Below, piece by piece: positions 1-13,260 of a stretch of 64,000 nucleotides of DNA. Source of the stretch: Vicugna vicugna (lineage: Eukaryota). Numbering within the stretch: position 1 is the first letter of the stretch; the number at the start of each line of letters is the position of its first letter. The notes beneath the pieces were generated by a model that did not search any database, was not told the DNA's origin, and saw nothing but the letters and a program-made list of their open reading frames with translations. The stretch lies in the NCBI GenBank assembly GCA_013265495.1, contig MU061560.1, positions 496,001 to 560,000 on the forward strand, given 5' to 3'. Position numbers and translations under genes: made by a program.

Positions 1-1370
1 GGTGGGCCTGGTAGTGAGAATGGAGCCTTTGGAGGGCTCAGTAAATGATTTTGTATTGTGAATTACAGGGTTCTCTTGGGAGACAGGAAATAGATGGGAG
101 AAGTTTTGGGGTGTGAGACCAAGAAATTTGGGGAACAGTTTGCATGAAGAAAATTGTGGCAAGATGAAGAGAAAATATTTAAGATGTTTTGCTATGTTCG
201 AAGGGTGTACTCCCCCCTGTATTTTTCCTTCACCTCCTTTTTTTCTTATTTTTTTCCCTCCTGGGCTTAAGACAGTTAACTCTCTGAAACGCTGTTATAG
301 GGAAAAGGTAGGAAAGGAAAGTTGATAGAATAAAATGTAACAGCCTAGAAATGTTTCCTGTTTATAGTTCTGTAGAACTTGATTTGAAGGGGTGGAAAAC
401 CAGTACAAGCAGGGGCTACATGACAGATGTCACCGCACAGGGGACATGTTTGGAGAATGAAAAGGAGGAGCGATAGACTGTTTTATTTGATTCAAGGAGA
501 TTTCCTCGAAAAAGATCGCATTGGAACTAGATTAATTTGTTTAAAGAAGGACTATCGAGCTAAGGGAACCAACAAGTGCAGAAACACGCAGAGATGTGAA
601 AAGATTGTAACGTGTTACAGGAATAGAGAAGATCGGAATGCGGCTAGAGCGTTAGGGGTGTGTGGCTGAAGCCGTCACCGGTAGTTTGATGTCTGACGGT
701 AAAGGGTCTTCTATGGAAATTAGAGTTTTTTCCTGTGGATCTTGCAGTCCCGTTAAAGGATTTTAAATAAGAGAGTAAGAAGATTGGTTTCAGCATGGAA
801 TGAATTCCATACAAATAGAATATATACCTTAACACAAGAAAGCAAGGAAGGACCATTTACATGATACAGAACGTTCAGTTGGTTACCCTTCCGACCAAAT
901 ACTTCTCTGTTATATTTATTACAGACGTTGCAGTCAGTTCAGTATAGGCCAGTAGTCACACCGTTTTAACATTTAGTAGTGTGAAGCACATTTAACTTGT
1001 GTCCAAAGGGATATGCGATGTGGTTTTTGTTTCAGAGGAGTAGAAGTGTTTGAATTACTGTCTGCTCTTTAATGTTACAACTAACCATTCCTTTGCTTCA
1101 TCAAGGCCAGTGCCTGTGGTTGCTGAAGTTTTTGAACATTTGCCGTTTTCAGTCTTTCAAGGCAGGTAACCTGCGTGAATTTGCCATCTCTGAGGGATCC
1201 ATGGCCTGTTCCGTGTTAACCTTTTTCTTTGTAGGAGCAGTGATATTAGACATAACTAAGTGTGACTGACTTAATGCTGTTTTAAAATTCAGAATTAGAA
1301 AAAATGGTTACATTTGATGGCTTGGCTTATTTTTCTTCCTAACTTCCTTTATCTGTCAGCCAGAAAAAAA

Positions 1371-1394
1371 TATATATATATATACACACACACA

Positions 1395-1430
<36 letters not shown>
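1371..1430. repeat. Compound microsatellite (TA)7(CA)6CG(TG)15TA
   Basis: Read directly from the sequence. Confidence 0.95.
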
Positions 1431-1431
<1 letters not shown>

Positions 1432-3227
1432 GAAATAAAAAGCAAGCTGGAGGCAGTATTTGCTTTCTCAGTTTTGCATGACTGGAAACAATCCCCTGCA
1501 CTGTTAGAAGCTCAACACACAACACTATTGTGCTCCTGGTCTAGAAAGCTGGCCTGGGGCAAAAAGAGGCCTGTTGGTCCCATCACACAGCAGTGAGTTA
1601 AGGAAAGCAAATGTCAATGTAAGCTGTTCAATATTAAATTTTAGTAAAAGGAGATTTATATTAATATTTGTCTTACAAGAGTATCAAAATAAAAAGAGTT
1701 GAGATGGATTAGAGACTGTCACCAAGCCCTTTTTGAAAAACCACCTAAAACCACTTGTCAGATTTTAAATTTTTAAAAATTGCCGCTAGTCAATCAGTGT
1801 CTGCATCTACCTGTCACCTGTACCTAAGCAGTGACACTAAGAGCAGTAAAAATGTCTCTAATTAATAAGGAAGTTGTTATGTAACGTCGTCACAGTCACC
1901 AAGTAAATAAACGATCATGTCAAAATTTTGACCTTTCAACCTCTCGTTTTCCTAATCCACCCTGTTATCTCCTAGCGGCAAAAAAAATACACTTTCCAGA
2001 TAAACATGGCCTTGCTTCCCATAGCAGGCCTGGCCGTGCCTGGCCACGGACCCCAGTGGTAGTGTTGGTGCGTTTGAAGTAAGCAGCTTTCAGGTTGAAG
2101 GACTGGCTGGCCCTACAGCGCTTTCCCCACTTGGTAGAGTTCATTTTTATCCATTATTGCCATGAAGCAAAATTTGGGTTTGAAAAGTGAATGAACAGTG
2201 CCAATAGCTGCAAAACAAAGTGGGCCGAGCCCTGAGAATCGGTCAGTGATTTAAAGCCGGCGACGGGAGGTAGGCGCCGTGAAGAAGGCAGAGTCTCATA
2301 GAAATTAGTGTTATCGGCAGTGTTAGGCTGGAATGTTTTGGCTGCTGGGAACAAGGTTTAGAGAAGTCAAGTTCAGAAAAATCAGAAAAGCGGATACAAA
2401 ATAAAATCAGCAAGGTCAGGAAGTATTTGCTTCTGAAAAGGATGTATTTTTCCTTTTGTGAAGAGAAATTTTAGTCCATTCTTGGTTGCTGTGACTGACA
2501 TCATGAAAAACAGTTCTGTTTGGTTTTAGCAACATCCATGTCAAACGTTATGAAACATTTTGGCCAGTTTGATTTTCTTCTTCTCTCTGGACCTGCAGAT
2601 AAATTTTTTGTGAATAAATGGAAAATAGTTTGGCAATGGGTAAAAGGAAGAGGAAAAGCCAAGATTCTGGCTGATTTATGAACCAGACACCTTGAATAAA
2701 TGAGTTGGCTACTGTAGCTCTTGGGAGAAAAGCCATCTTTTGCCCTTCAAGTTCATTTCTTACATCTGTTTTTATTTCTTTTGGAATTTATGAAGTTAAG
2801 AAAAATTTTAATTATATTGATTTCAGAAGTCTCTTCTTTCATAGCAAAGATTGAGGAGGCCAGATCATAGTTTCGGCTCTGCAGGCCGCATGGTTTCTTT
2901 TGTACCACCTCACTCTGCCACCTTACTGAAAAGCATCGAACACAGTATGTACAAGAATGAGTGCGGCTGCATTCCAGTAAACCTTCACTAACAGAAGTAC
3001 GTGGTGGATTTGGCCAGTGAGTTGTGGATGGTAGCCTCTGATTCAGGTCTGTTTTAATCCTCCCTTTGAGGGACTCACGGGCTGTAGTTTGCAGTTCCTG
3101 CTTGAAAGGCATTTTAACCTCCCTACTTGAGGGCAAGCTGAAGGCCTTACCGACCCTACACAGTACCAGGCATTGATCCTGTTACAGTGCCCTCTTGCGT
3201 GCTGCTATGTATTTTTTTCCATTCCCT

Positions 3228-3360
3228 TTTTTTTAATTGTGTAGTTGACATACAATATTATGTAAGTTACAGGCGTACAATATAGTGATTCACAATTTTT
3301 AATTCACATTTATCATTATTGTAAAATATTGGCTATATTCCCCACGTTGTCCAATATAGC
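3228..3360 (-). mobile_element. Short L1 3' end fragment
   Basis: T-run followed by aattgtgtagttgacatacaatattatgtaagttacaggcgtacaatatagtgattcacaattttt, typical of an antisense laurasiatherian L1 3' terminus. Confidence 0.65.
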
Positions 3361-6300
3361 AAGCAAGCCTAGTTACCGCCCCCTACAAAAGAAAAAATAA
3401 ATTATATACATGATAATGAGTGTTTTAAAAAAACCCACAAGATCCCCCCCAAAAATGCCTACCTTACTTTATCTCATTGGATTCTTGAGAGGAACAAATG
3501 AAATAATGCCTGTAAAGTGCTTTGCGTACTGCTTACTTGGCTCAGAATGAATAATATTGTTAGATTTTATTAATACCATTATTACTAATAGTAGTAAGAA
3601 CAGCATTAGCATTTGCAAGCAAATTTGTAGTAAACTGTGTAAGTTTTAAAGCACTATGAAATCCCAAGTTGTGATAGTTAATATTTTTGTGACATTCAGG
3701 ATAAATATCTCCGTGTGTGTGTGTATGTGTGTGTTACTGAAGGACATAGCAGCAGTGCATCCTTCTCATTCCCTCTCTGAAGCTATGCGCTGCGGTGCAT
3801 TTATACAAACTCCTTTTGGTGTCTAGAAAACAAATCAGTTGAGAAAAGGCTGTTTTGAAAAATAGCTGTTTTTTTCAGGGAGCATAGCCTATTCCAGTAC
3901 CCTGTACGGGTTATAAGTCTGCAGGAAAAAGTCAACTTTCTTATCAAACGAAGGGTTTTGCCTGATCTTGGGGTTTAAACCCGCAGGGAGATCACAGAAC
4001 AAAGGCGCAGCTCTGCGTCTGAGTCCTGCAGCTCAGCAGAATCGAAGGGCAGTGGTTTGCTTTTGTATTCAGAGGTCTTATGATACTTGGCTCAATGGAG
4101 TGAAACTTCCTGCATTGTGCCTCGTATCACTGTTCTCTGCATTGTTAATTATTACACTTTACATCCTGTTTTACAACCACTTTAAGAAAAGAAAAAGTCC
4201 CTTTGGAGATTTTTGTGTTTCCTAAATTGTAAGCACTTAAGTCTGCCAGACTGTGGGGTTTTGCAGGTGAGAGCAGGAGGGAGGTGGAGACGATGGAGGG
4301 GAGGTGGACTGGCAGGATTACAGAATGTTATTGCATCTGATTTTTTAACCTCCAGTTTTGGACTCCGTGTGCAGGACCCTAGCACCCTAACGCTGCTTTT
4401 GTGGTCAGCACATTGTGGGAGTGTGCAGCCTTGAAGCTGAGGGCAGCAGGGTCACGTCCAAAAGCCAAGGCCAGGTTGGAGTTTCAGTTCATAATCTGAG
4501 AGTCCTGAGGGCAGCCAAGATGATTAGCAGGACGTCAGGAGCAGGTGGTGGTAACGGAGATAGAAAAGTGTGGGAAAAGCCTGGGCAATGGCTGTTAGAC
4601 GGGGCAGTGAGTCCCTGGGGCAACTTTCCCAACATGTATTCTGACACCAACTCGGGGGGGTGTTAACTGGTCATATATGGTGGAAAGTTTTCCTGATATA
4701 CACACTGGGTTCAAAGTTAAACAGTTTTTATTTTTAACTGTAGGACTTTTCGTGGCTTCTCACGTGGCCAGTGCCATCGTGAGGACACAAGTTTTATACT
4801 GTCAAATTCAGCAGGTCACAGATGTTTCAGAATCATGGTTAGTTGGTTAGTTGGTTAGTTGGTTGTGGGTTGAGGCTGGGGGGTACTGAGAGATCCTGTT
4901 GCCAGAGTAGTGCTTCACATGATACACTTTGGGGAAAGTCGTCCTAGGGCACGTGACACGTGCTGTGGCTTTTCACCTGGGCTCTTTAATGGGCCGCAGT
5001 GAACCCTGCGGAGTCCTGAAGGACTGGCAGATACCCAGAAACCTGCTCGTGCTCTCAGTCAGTGCTCTTTCCCTCCCTCCAGCCTAATCACTGGACTGAT
5101 GTCGGTTACTGTTATTAATAAAATTAAGGAAATCAGTCCTTTTTATAGGAAGAAAGACAAATGATTTAACCCATAATCACTGAGACTAAAAACAGCAACA
5201 ACATGAGTCAAAGCCTCTGTCCAACTGGCACTGTAGGGGGCAAATAGGCTTCCCCCCTCCTAATAGGCAATGAAATGATATTTTAAAGACGATATCAGAG
5301 GGACTGCATGTGAAGACTTTAATGATGAGGCAGCTAGGGTGTCAAGGTTGGCCAGCCCTAGTGAATATCAGGGCAGACTGTTCGTCCGGGACCGTCTCGC
5401 CGGCTCCTGTCACACACACAGCTCTCTTCTTACTTAAAGGCACTGGTTCCCTGTCATATTAGTGAGGAGCCTAAGTAAGCATTACCCTTTTCTCCTCTCT
5501 GTCGCTCCCTCCTTAAGCCAAGCCCCCTGCAGACTTTATCCTTCATTTGTTTCAGAGCCATTCCTTTCCTCTTCCACCTCTGCCTTTTGCCCGTAGGCCG
5601 GGTTCTTGCCCTGTGTGAGGACTGACTGGGGCAGTTGCTCCCTAATCACAGTTAGCAGGGGAACTGGGGGTGGGGGCTCCAGATACTATGGAATTGTACG
5701 TATCTCTTTCCCTCTTTAAACCAGGAATTACCTGGAGGTAAGGCTTATGTCTTATTTCTCCTTCCGTCCCCGGAGTACCTGGCACTTTTCATTATTAGGG
5801 AGTTATCACTCAGCACTTGTAAGGAGGGACAAAAAGGAAAAAAGAAAGAAATAGAAGAAAGTAGAAGCCTGATGGGTGTTGCCCGTCATTTTGCAGTGGA
5901 TCGTTGGATAGTCTTGGCGCTTACAAAAGCAGTTTGTACTTTGGAGGTGTAAAGGTGAGAGCTAGTAAAATTAAATAGTGAGTTTAAGTGGACACAAGCA
6001 CTTAAATGGGCTTTTCAGAAAATGATTCATTGTTAAAAACCAGCAATTATGCCTAATATGGAGGAAAGTCAAATGGAGGAAAAGTGAAAGCAGTGGATGG
6101 AACCCAGGACACACATTTACAGTCATGGTCAAGGGGGATGAATGTGGTTAAATTGTTCAGGGTTAAAATGACCTACTGTAAATTCTACTCCACATCAAAT
6201 GTCAGACACCATTTTATCATTAGTAATACTGTCATCAAGTTTAACGTACCAGGCCACATACTTGTGAATAATTCATTGTTGTGTTAATTTGCAAAAGAGT

Positions 6301-6579
6301 ATTAATTAACCATAATTTATCCAAAATGGTCTATGGGAATCCCTGAAAGTGGCAGAGCCACTGAAGCAAGTGGCCGCTCCTGAGAAAGTAAGCCAGGATG
6401 GGGGAGTGCTGGGTGGTGGCAGACGAAGATTTAGTCAGTGTTAAGGGCACATATAGGCAGTCAGGGCAAACACAGGAGGCAACTTAAGAGGCTGGAGGGA
6501 GGAGAGAGTACAGATCTGGTCCCCTGATCCACTTCCCAGGCGTTTACACAGCATTGAGTATTACATGAGCAGTAATAAT

Positions 6580-6790
6580 AATAACAAAGAGTCACTGAGC
6601 GCTTACCACATGTCATCTGTTGCTCTGGTACTTTCACTAGAATTCATTAAATTGTAGTCCTCACTACATTATGGCGGGGAGAAGCATGATGAATGCTATG
6701 AGCTCTCTTTTACAGATCAGGAAACTGAAGTCAGTCAGTCAGTCACCCAGTTATTAAGTGAAGCCCAGATTTGAACCTAGGCCCATGAGA
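6580..6790 (-). mobile_element. MIR SINE remnant
   Basis: Core-like ttttacagatcaggaaactgaagtc and cccagatttgaacctagg. Confidence 0.6.
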
Positions 6791-8649
6791 GTTTTATGAC
6801 TAAAGTGCCCTGAAGAATGTTTAAATTGCTGTCAGGGTATGTTTAATAACTAGTACAATTGGCCAGGGAACAGCCAAGTGTCATGCCCCAGGGGTCAAGG
6901 AAAGCTGCCTGGGTGTGCGCATGCGTGTGTGTGCGCACGGCATCAGAGCTGCCTTTTTGACACAGGAGATCATACGGGGGGAGATCAAACGTCGGTTATC
7001 AGGACCACCTGCGCATTAATACACTTAGAGATGTTTAAATGGTATATTCATCAATTTCAAAACTTAAAACTGTCAGGAATCTTACGCTCTGGCCAAAAGT
7101 GTGACAGCTTCAAAACTCAGCACTTACTTGATTGCCTGGATAGGCATCTTCTCAGGGTTCTTTCTCATAGTCAGCACAGCAGTGATGTAGGGTGTTTTGA
7201 TAATCAAGGACCCGGTTTCTTCCACCTGGTTATGAAAAAGAAGGAGCCAAGAAATGAGTGTTTGTTATAAATTGGCAACCGTTTATTGGATAAAGTCCAG
7301 CAGGCTGTAACCTCCTCGGACTCCGGTGGTGTCAACTAGAGCTGCCCTTTGTAAGGAGGCAGAAAGAGACACATGTAATTGATTGTGGCTTCTCTCTACT
7401 CCCACCTTCCGCCCAACTTGTGGCTGCAGACACAGAGCAAATTTTGTGCTTTAAATAGCAAGAGCTTTTCCGTAATCTTGACCAAAATTCTTAGTCAAAT
7501 ACAGCCAAGAGGGGAACCTCCATCAGTGCTTAGTTGGGGGTGGGAGAGCTGCCTCCAGCCCCCTTCCACATGCAAGGGGATGCCAAGGAGGTTTGGTCTG
7601 TACCTAAAATAACGCCATGCCAAGGCACAGTGGAGCACAGGGACCAGCCAGCCCCAGCAGAGCCCGAGAGCCCACGTTTAAATTGTAGTGATGCATGTAG
7701 TCTGCTACACATACATACACGTAACAGGTGCCATGGCCGTGGCCTCTTCTGTGAGCTCCTACTTGGAACTAGAACATTGACAATCTTAGTGTGATGTGTT
7801 TCAGTTCATCTAACAGCATTTCAGCTTTGAAGGGGCTGATGACGATTCTTTATAGAAATCTTACTATCCTTTTCATTCCCTTCTGAGTAGCAGAAAAATT
7901 CAATGATATTGTATGGAGCATGTTTCAGGAAAATAAAATATTTCTAGTTTGAAAACAAAAATTACTTTTGTGTTTTTAGAGGCTGCATTTACTTTATTCT
8001 GTTGCGCGCATATGTTGTTGCATTTACCGTGGATAGGATAGAAATAATTACCTTTTTACACATTTATATCGTACAGTGGTGGGACCCTTAAAAATACTGA
8101 ATATTCACCGTTCCTTACCTCCAAGGCTAATTTTAAGTTCATATTACACTTGAACTTCAGAGATCTGAAGCAATCTACTTTCCCTGACAATTTAACTCTC
8201 TGCTACTCTGTGATTTTAGGGTTTTCCAAATGCTCAGTCTGAAACATTGACAGCCATTGTGCATTTTAGTTAGTGGCTCCAATAAACGTGAATAAAATTA
8301 AAGATGATAATGAATGGAAATCTTTCAGTCAGTTGCTGGGACTTGGGGCTGCTACTGTTTTTATCAAGACAAACATCTGGGTAGTTCTACAATTCCAGAT
8401 GTTCGGAAATCTGGGCTGTAAGGGAGATTATTTGGCTACAGTTTTTTTTTCCAGTTACTTAGAACTTGTGTATAAAAAATCTTGAATGTTTCAAAATTTA
8501 ACATTGGAATGGAAATGTTTGAAATTCTGTATAGCTCGAGTTCTCAGACAGCTGTGTCATCTCCTTATTGTTGGAATTTAGAAAACAGCTCTTATGAAAT
8601 GGAAAATAAGAATGTAGGCGAAGGAAGAGAAACTTGTCAAAGGGCTCTG

Positions 8650-9600
8650 GAATTCATTTGTTCAACAATTACTAACTGAGCATCTAAGGGGATGTTCCTT
8701 AGACATTCCCAGAGCTTACATTCTAACCAGGGCAGGCAGTTAAGAAAATAATGTTAGTTTGTTAGAAGGTGACAAATGCTATGTTTTAAAAACAAAAAAC
8801 AAAAAACAAAAAGTCACAAACACACCTGTAAAACATGGTAAAAGTAGCGCTTATACTAGGGAGAGTGTCAGGATAGCCCCATGTCAACAAGATGCAGTTT
8901 GAGCCAAGATATGAAGAGAAAGCAGTTTTCTGGGGCAGGAACATTCCAGCAGAGAAGAGCCAGACCCAAGGCTGTAAATAAAGTGCGCTTGGCCTGCGGG
9001 AGGTGCAGCAGGGGACCGGTGTGCCGGGAGTACAGCGAGCAAGCGGGCAGTACTCAGCGACGGGTTCAGGGGTAAGGGGACTGACACCAGGTCACGCAGA
9101 GCCTGTCAGCCAGCGTAAAGAGGTGACTTTGTAAACTGCGAGCGACGTGTGGCACCATTGGAGAATTTTAAGCACCAAGGGTGACATGATCTGACTTGGG
9201 TTTTAAAAGGGATCTCTCTGGTCCTGGTTGAAAATGTGTACTGGGGACAAGGGTAGGAGCAGGGAGACCAGGTGGAGGGTCTTAACTGTAGTCCAGTTAA
9301 AGATTATGGTAATTTAGGCCAAAACAGTAGCAGTGGAGGTGGTGGTGGTAGATGGTAGAGTCGGCAGAATTTCCTAAGGGATAGGATGTAGGGTGTGAGA
9401 GAAAAAGGGAGGACTTTGCGATGCTCCCAAGCTTTTTGTTCTGAGCATAGATGAAGTTGCTATTAATTGAGATGGAGAGGACAGTAAAGGTGGGTAATTT
9501 TGAGTGAGAGTTGGCAGACGGGGAATCAGATTTGGGTGTGTTGAGTGTGAGTCAGCTCTTAGAAATGCTAGTGGAGATGCTAAGTAGGCAATTGAATATA
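8650..9600 (-). mobile_element. L2 LINE 3' fragment
   Basis: Starts ttcatttgttcaacaattactaactgagc (antisense L2 tail). Purine-rich body with gacatgatctgacttgggttttaaaagg and ggatgtagggtgtgagagaaaaaggg. Confidence 0.7.
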
Positions 9601-9639
9601 TTAATTTTTTTTTACCTTTTATTCATTGAGCAAGGGATG

Positions 9640-10450
9640 TGCTTTTTTAATTAAAAGTTTTGTTGAAAATGCATAACATAGAGGTTACTGTCTTAACTGT
9701 TTAAAGTGTACAGTTCATTGGCATCCTAAGTACATTTACATTGTTGTGCTTCTGTGACCACCATCCATCCACAGAACTCTTGATCTTCTATAACTTAACT
9801 CTTGTCAAACAATAACTTTGTATTTTCTCATCCCTCCAGTCCCTACCAACCACCATTCTACTTTCTGTCTCCAAAGCTGACTACTCTATGTACCTGATAT
9901 AAATGGAATCACACAGTATTTGTGTTTTTCAACTGGCTTATTGCACTTAGCATAATGGCCTCAAGGCCATTCGTATTGTAGCATGTATCAGAATTTCTTT
10001 CCTTTTCAAGGCTGAATAATATTCCATTGTATATATACGCCACATTGTGTATATCCATTCATCTGTCAGCAGGTACTTAAGTTGCTTCATCATCTTAGCT
10101 ATTGTAAATAAGGCTGCTCTGAACATAGGTTCTCATTCATTCCCTCGGCCTACACCACTCCTAATCCCCAAAGTTTGCCATGTTACCTTCCATCCCTTTC
10201 AGTACATTTGTACGTGTATATATCTTACGTCTTTTTTAAAAATGGGATTATAGTGTACATATTTCTCTGCAGCTTTTTTGTCTTTCATTTAATAAAGTCT
10301 TGGAGATCTTCCCAGTCTTATTTTTGTTTTTCTGTTTTTACAGCTGCATGTGTTACATAATGTTGCTTTCACTGTCCATGTGCATATATTTTTACACACA
10401 GATGAAATTGTTTCTGTAGATTAGATTCCTAGAATTAGGTTTCCTAGGTC
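9640..10450 (-). mobile_element. Old L1 3' fragments (L1MB-like, then L1ME-like)
   Basis: caaccaccattctactttctgtctc, aaatggaatcacacagtatttg and ggctgaataatattccattgtatatatac are typical antisense L1M 3' sequence. Confidence 0.75.
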
Positions 10451-10789
10451 CAAGGAAACTTCTTAAACTGTCCATCATATTTCCTTCTTTAAGATCCTTT
10501 ATGGTTTGCTTATTATTTGGTAGGGGGTGGTGGGGTAGATTTTATCATTGAGTGCTAACAGTTTGGGAAACTGAAATCATTTCCTGAAATAAATTTCCTT
10601 GCTGTGGATTTGTTCCCCTTGGCAAATGAGTTGTAAATCATGAGTTTTATAACCTGAATGGCTTTATTATTTTTTTTAAGTGCAATTGATCTCTCAATCT
10701 AGACAGTTTAAATGGCACATGGGAGGTATGACCCATATCCAGGATCTATAGGACAAATGGGGAGTTTTTGAAAGGATGATAGGAGAAGA

Positions 10790-11315
10790 CTGTTGAAAAA
10801 TATCTGACAAAAAATAGAATATTCTGCAGTGGAGACACTAGGCAGACACCACCTTACCCAGAGACCAAGGTTAGCGTCACATGTGACAGTCATGCTGATA
10901 TCATGCAATGATATAACAGTGGGACGGATAGCATGCCTCTGGTGTTCTTTCCCAAACCCAAAAACCCAGTCTAATCGTGAGAAAACATCAGAGAAACCCA
11001 GTGTGAGGGACGTCCTACAAAATACCTACTCCCACTCTTCAAAAGTGCCAACGTCATCAAAGATAAGCAAAGACTGAGTAACTGTCTCATGGATTGGAGA
11101 ACTAAAAGCAACACGGTATCTTGGTTTGATCCTGTGACAGAAAAAGGATGTTAGAAAATTGGTGAAATCTGAATGAAATATGTGGTATTGGGCCAATATT
11201 ACATTCTTAGTTTTGTCTGTGTTTGACACCATGGTTATCTAATATGCTAACTTAAGAGTCTGGGTGCAACTCATGTAAATCTAAAGTTACGTCAAAATAA
11301 AGTGTTTGTTTTTTT
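10790..11315 (+). mobile_element. Old L1 3'UTR (L1MC-like)
   Basis: ggcagacaccaccttacccag, cccagtctaatcgtgagaaaacatcagagaaaccca; ends tgtaaatctaaagttacgtcaaaataaag. Confidence 0.7.
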
Positions 11316-11408
11316 AAAGTATCTCTTTACTTCTGGACAGTATACTTCTAAGAAGATTGTCTGCCCTAGAAGCTACTCTGTGCTCCTGAATCAAGAGATT
11401 TTCTTGCA

Positions 11409-11558
11409 GGAGGAGGGTATAGCTCAGTGGTAGAGTGCATGCTTAGCATACACAAGGCCCTGGGTTCAATCTCCAGTCCCTCCTCTAAAAATAAATAAAT
11501 AAGTAAACCCAATTACCCCCCCCCCAATAAAAACATTTTTAAATTTTTTTAAAAAGAA
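11409..11558 (+). mobile_element. tRNA-derived SINE (camelid Vic-1-like)
   Basis: Box A tagctcagtgg, box B ggttcaatctc, A-rich tail. TSD AGATTTTCTTG at 11396-11406 and 11559-11569. Confidence 0.9.
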
Positions 11559-12513
11559 AGATTTTCTTGTCCTGAGGGGTGGAGCCCATCCCGATGTGCT
11601 GGGCTAGAGACTCGGTGCAGTTGGGGGAGATGTTATGCATGGGTGAGGCAGTACAGACATGAACACAGCCAGGCCACAGAGATGTGATCTGACGTCATGG
11701 ATGCCATGACAAGAAATCAGGCTTAAAGAATCAAGAACCAGTGGACTTTGCTTTGGAGTAAATCCAATCTCAATTTGTGAAAAGAGCCCATCAAGAATAA
11801 GTTGGCAAAACATAACAACCCAACACAAAGTTTTGCAAATAGCAGGCAGTCCCCCTAACCAGTCCGAGCAATTATCTGCCGCTCACCCGTGTCGTGCGAA
11901 AGAGGACACATAAATGAAAGTTAAGCCGTAGTGGGAACCTCTTCTGTTGGAACAGGGAGGTCTGTGCAGCCAAAGGTGAGGCTGAATTAACTGAGAATAT
12001 CTGAGAATACCCTGCAGTTAGCATCTGTCTAGACAATCTTTACAGGAGGTATGACCCGGCAAGCATAAGTGAGTGACTCCAAGACAGAAGAATACAAAAT
12101 GGTTAGGACCAGTGGCTAAACAGATTATCAGCCCTCATGAGGAGACAGTATGTAAAGACTAACCCATGCCAACTTAATGTAACTGGTTGTATCTGTGCCC
12201 AAGATAACTGTTTAATTACCCCTACTGGTTCTTCTTGGTAAACTGGAATCTGAAAGCCTCTATGGTTATTATAAAATTTATTTAATGGGTAGACCATCTG
12301 GTTACAATTTTGGTTTCAAGTCCCTGTTATGCAACTGGTACCCAAATAAGGACTGTCTCCAAATGTGAGTAGGCTGAGTCCGTCATAAACAAACAAAAAG
12401 AACTTTTCCTCTGTATTGCTAGTATCCAAGATGTTAGAAGATGAACTATTTAATGAAATGGTGCCGTCTAATTTTAAGCACACTTCCTGTACCATGATGT
12501 GTTTGATCTATAC

Positions 12514-12632
12514 CAGTAGTCAGCAGACTTTTCCTATAAAGGACCAGATAGCAAATAATAGTAAAGATTTTGGGCTTTGCATGGTCTCTGTCTTTGCTTT
12601 TTTTTTTTTTTAATGACCTTTTAAGAATGTGT
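12514..12632 (+). mobile_element. hAT-Charlie fragment (MER58-like)
   Basis: cagtagtcagcagacttttcctataaaggaccagatagcaaata resembles the MER58 left end. Confidence 0.5.
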
Positions 12633-12959
12633 TTTCTGTATCTTTCACCATATTTTCGTACCTCAGGGTAACGGCTGAAGTTTGGAGACGAGTTTTAAAC
12701 AATGATCTGCAATGAAGTTTGTGGCAATGGATTTTTTTTGTCACTGGCAAAAGATTATAATCGTGACTTTAATGGATTTAAAAGAAAATGGATGTGTAGT
12801 TGATCTCTTACTGCAGGCATTTTGGCACATTCATCTGAGATGTTCTCGAATGATCTTGTAAACCTATGGGATCCTGACAGTTTGATATCCAGAAATTAAG
12901 TGCCTAGTTTTTAATTTCAGATTATTTATTCAGGATATGTTTTGTTTCTAAATAGGTTC

Positions 12960-13260
12960 TTTTTTTTATGGAGTTATAGTCAGTTTACAATGTTGTGTCA
13001 ATTTCCAGTGTAGAGCACAATTTTTCAGTCATACATGAATATTTACATATATTCATTTTCACATTCTTTTTCACCGTGAGCTAACACAAGATCTTGGATA
13101 TATTTCCCTATGCTATGCAGTGTGAACTTGTTCATCTATTCTATATATACCTGTCAGTATCTTATAAATCTCAAACTCCCAGTCTATCCCTGCCCATCCC
13201 CCTCCCCCCTGGCAACCACAAGTTTGTATTCTATGTCTCTGAGTCTGTTTCTGTTTTATA
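12960..13260 (-). mobile_element. L1 3' end (lineage-specific family)
   Basis: Closely similar to 37430-37715 (tagtcagtttacaatgttgtgtcaatttccagtgtagagcacaatttttcag ... ggcaaccacaagtttgtattct), which is joined to ORF2 sequence. Confidence 0.85.

Noticed and set aside
4837..4864. (GGTTAGTT)3 resembling a telomeric repeat
   Set aside because: Not TTAGGG and only three units; ordinary slippage. The same applies to short tandem duplications near 25382, 43968 and 52872.
11409..11485. tRNA gene calls for the SINE heads (box A/B)
   Set aside because: They have A-rich tails and TSDs, and ten diverged copies are present; they are SINEs rather than tRNA genes.
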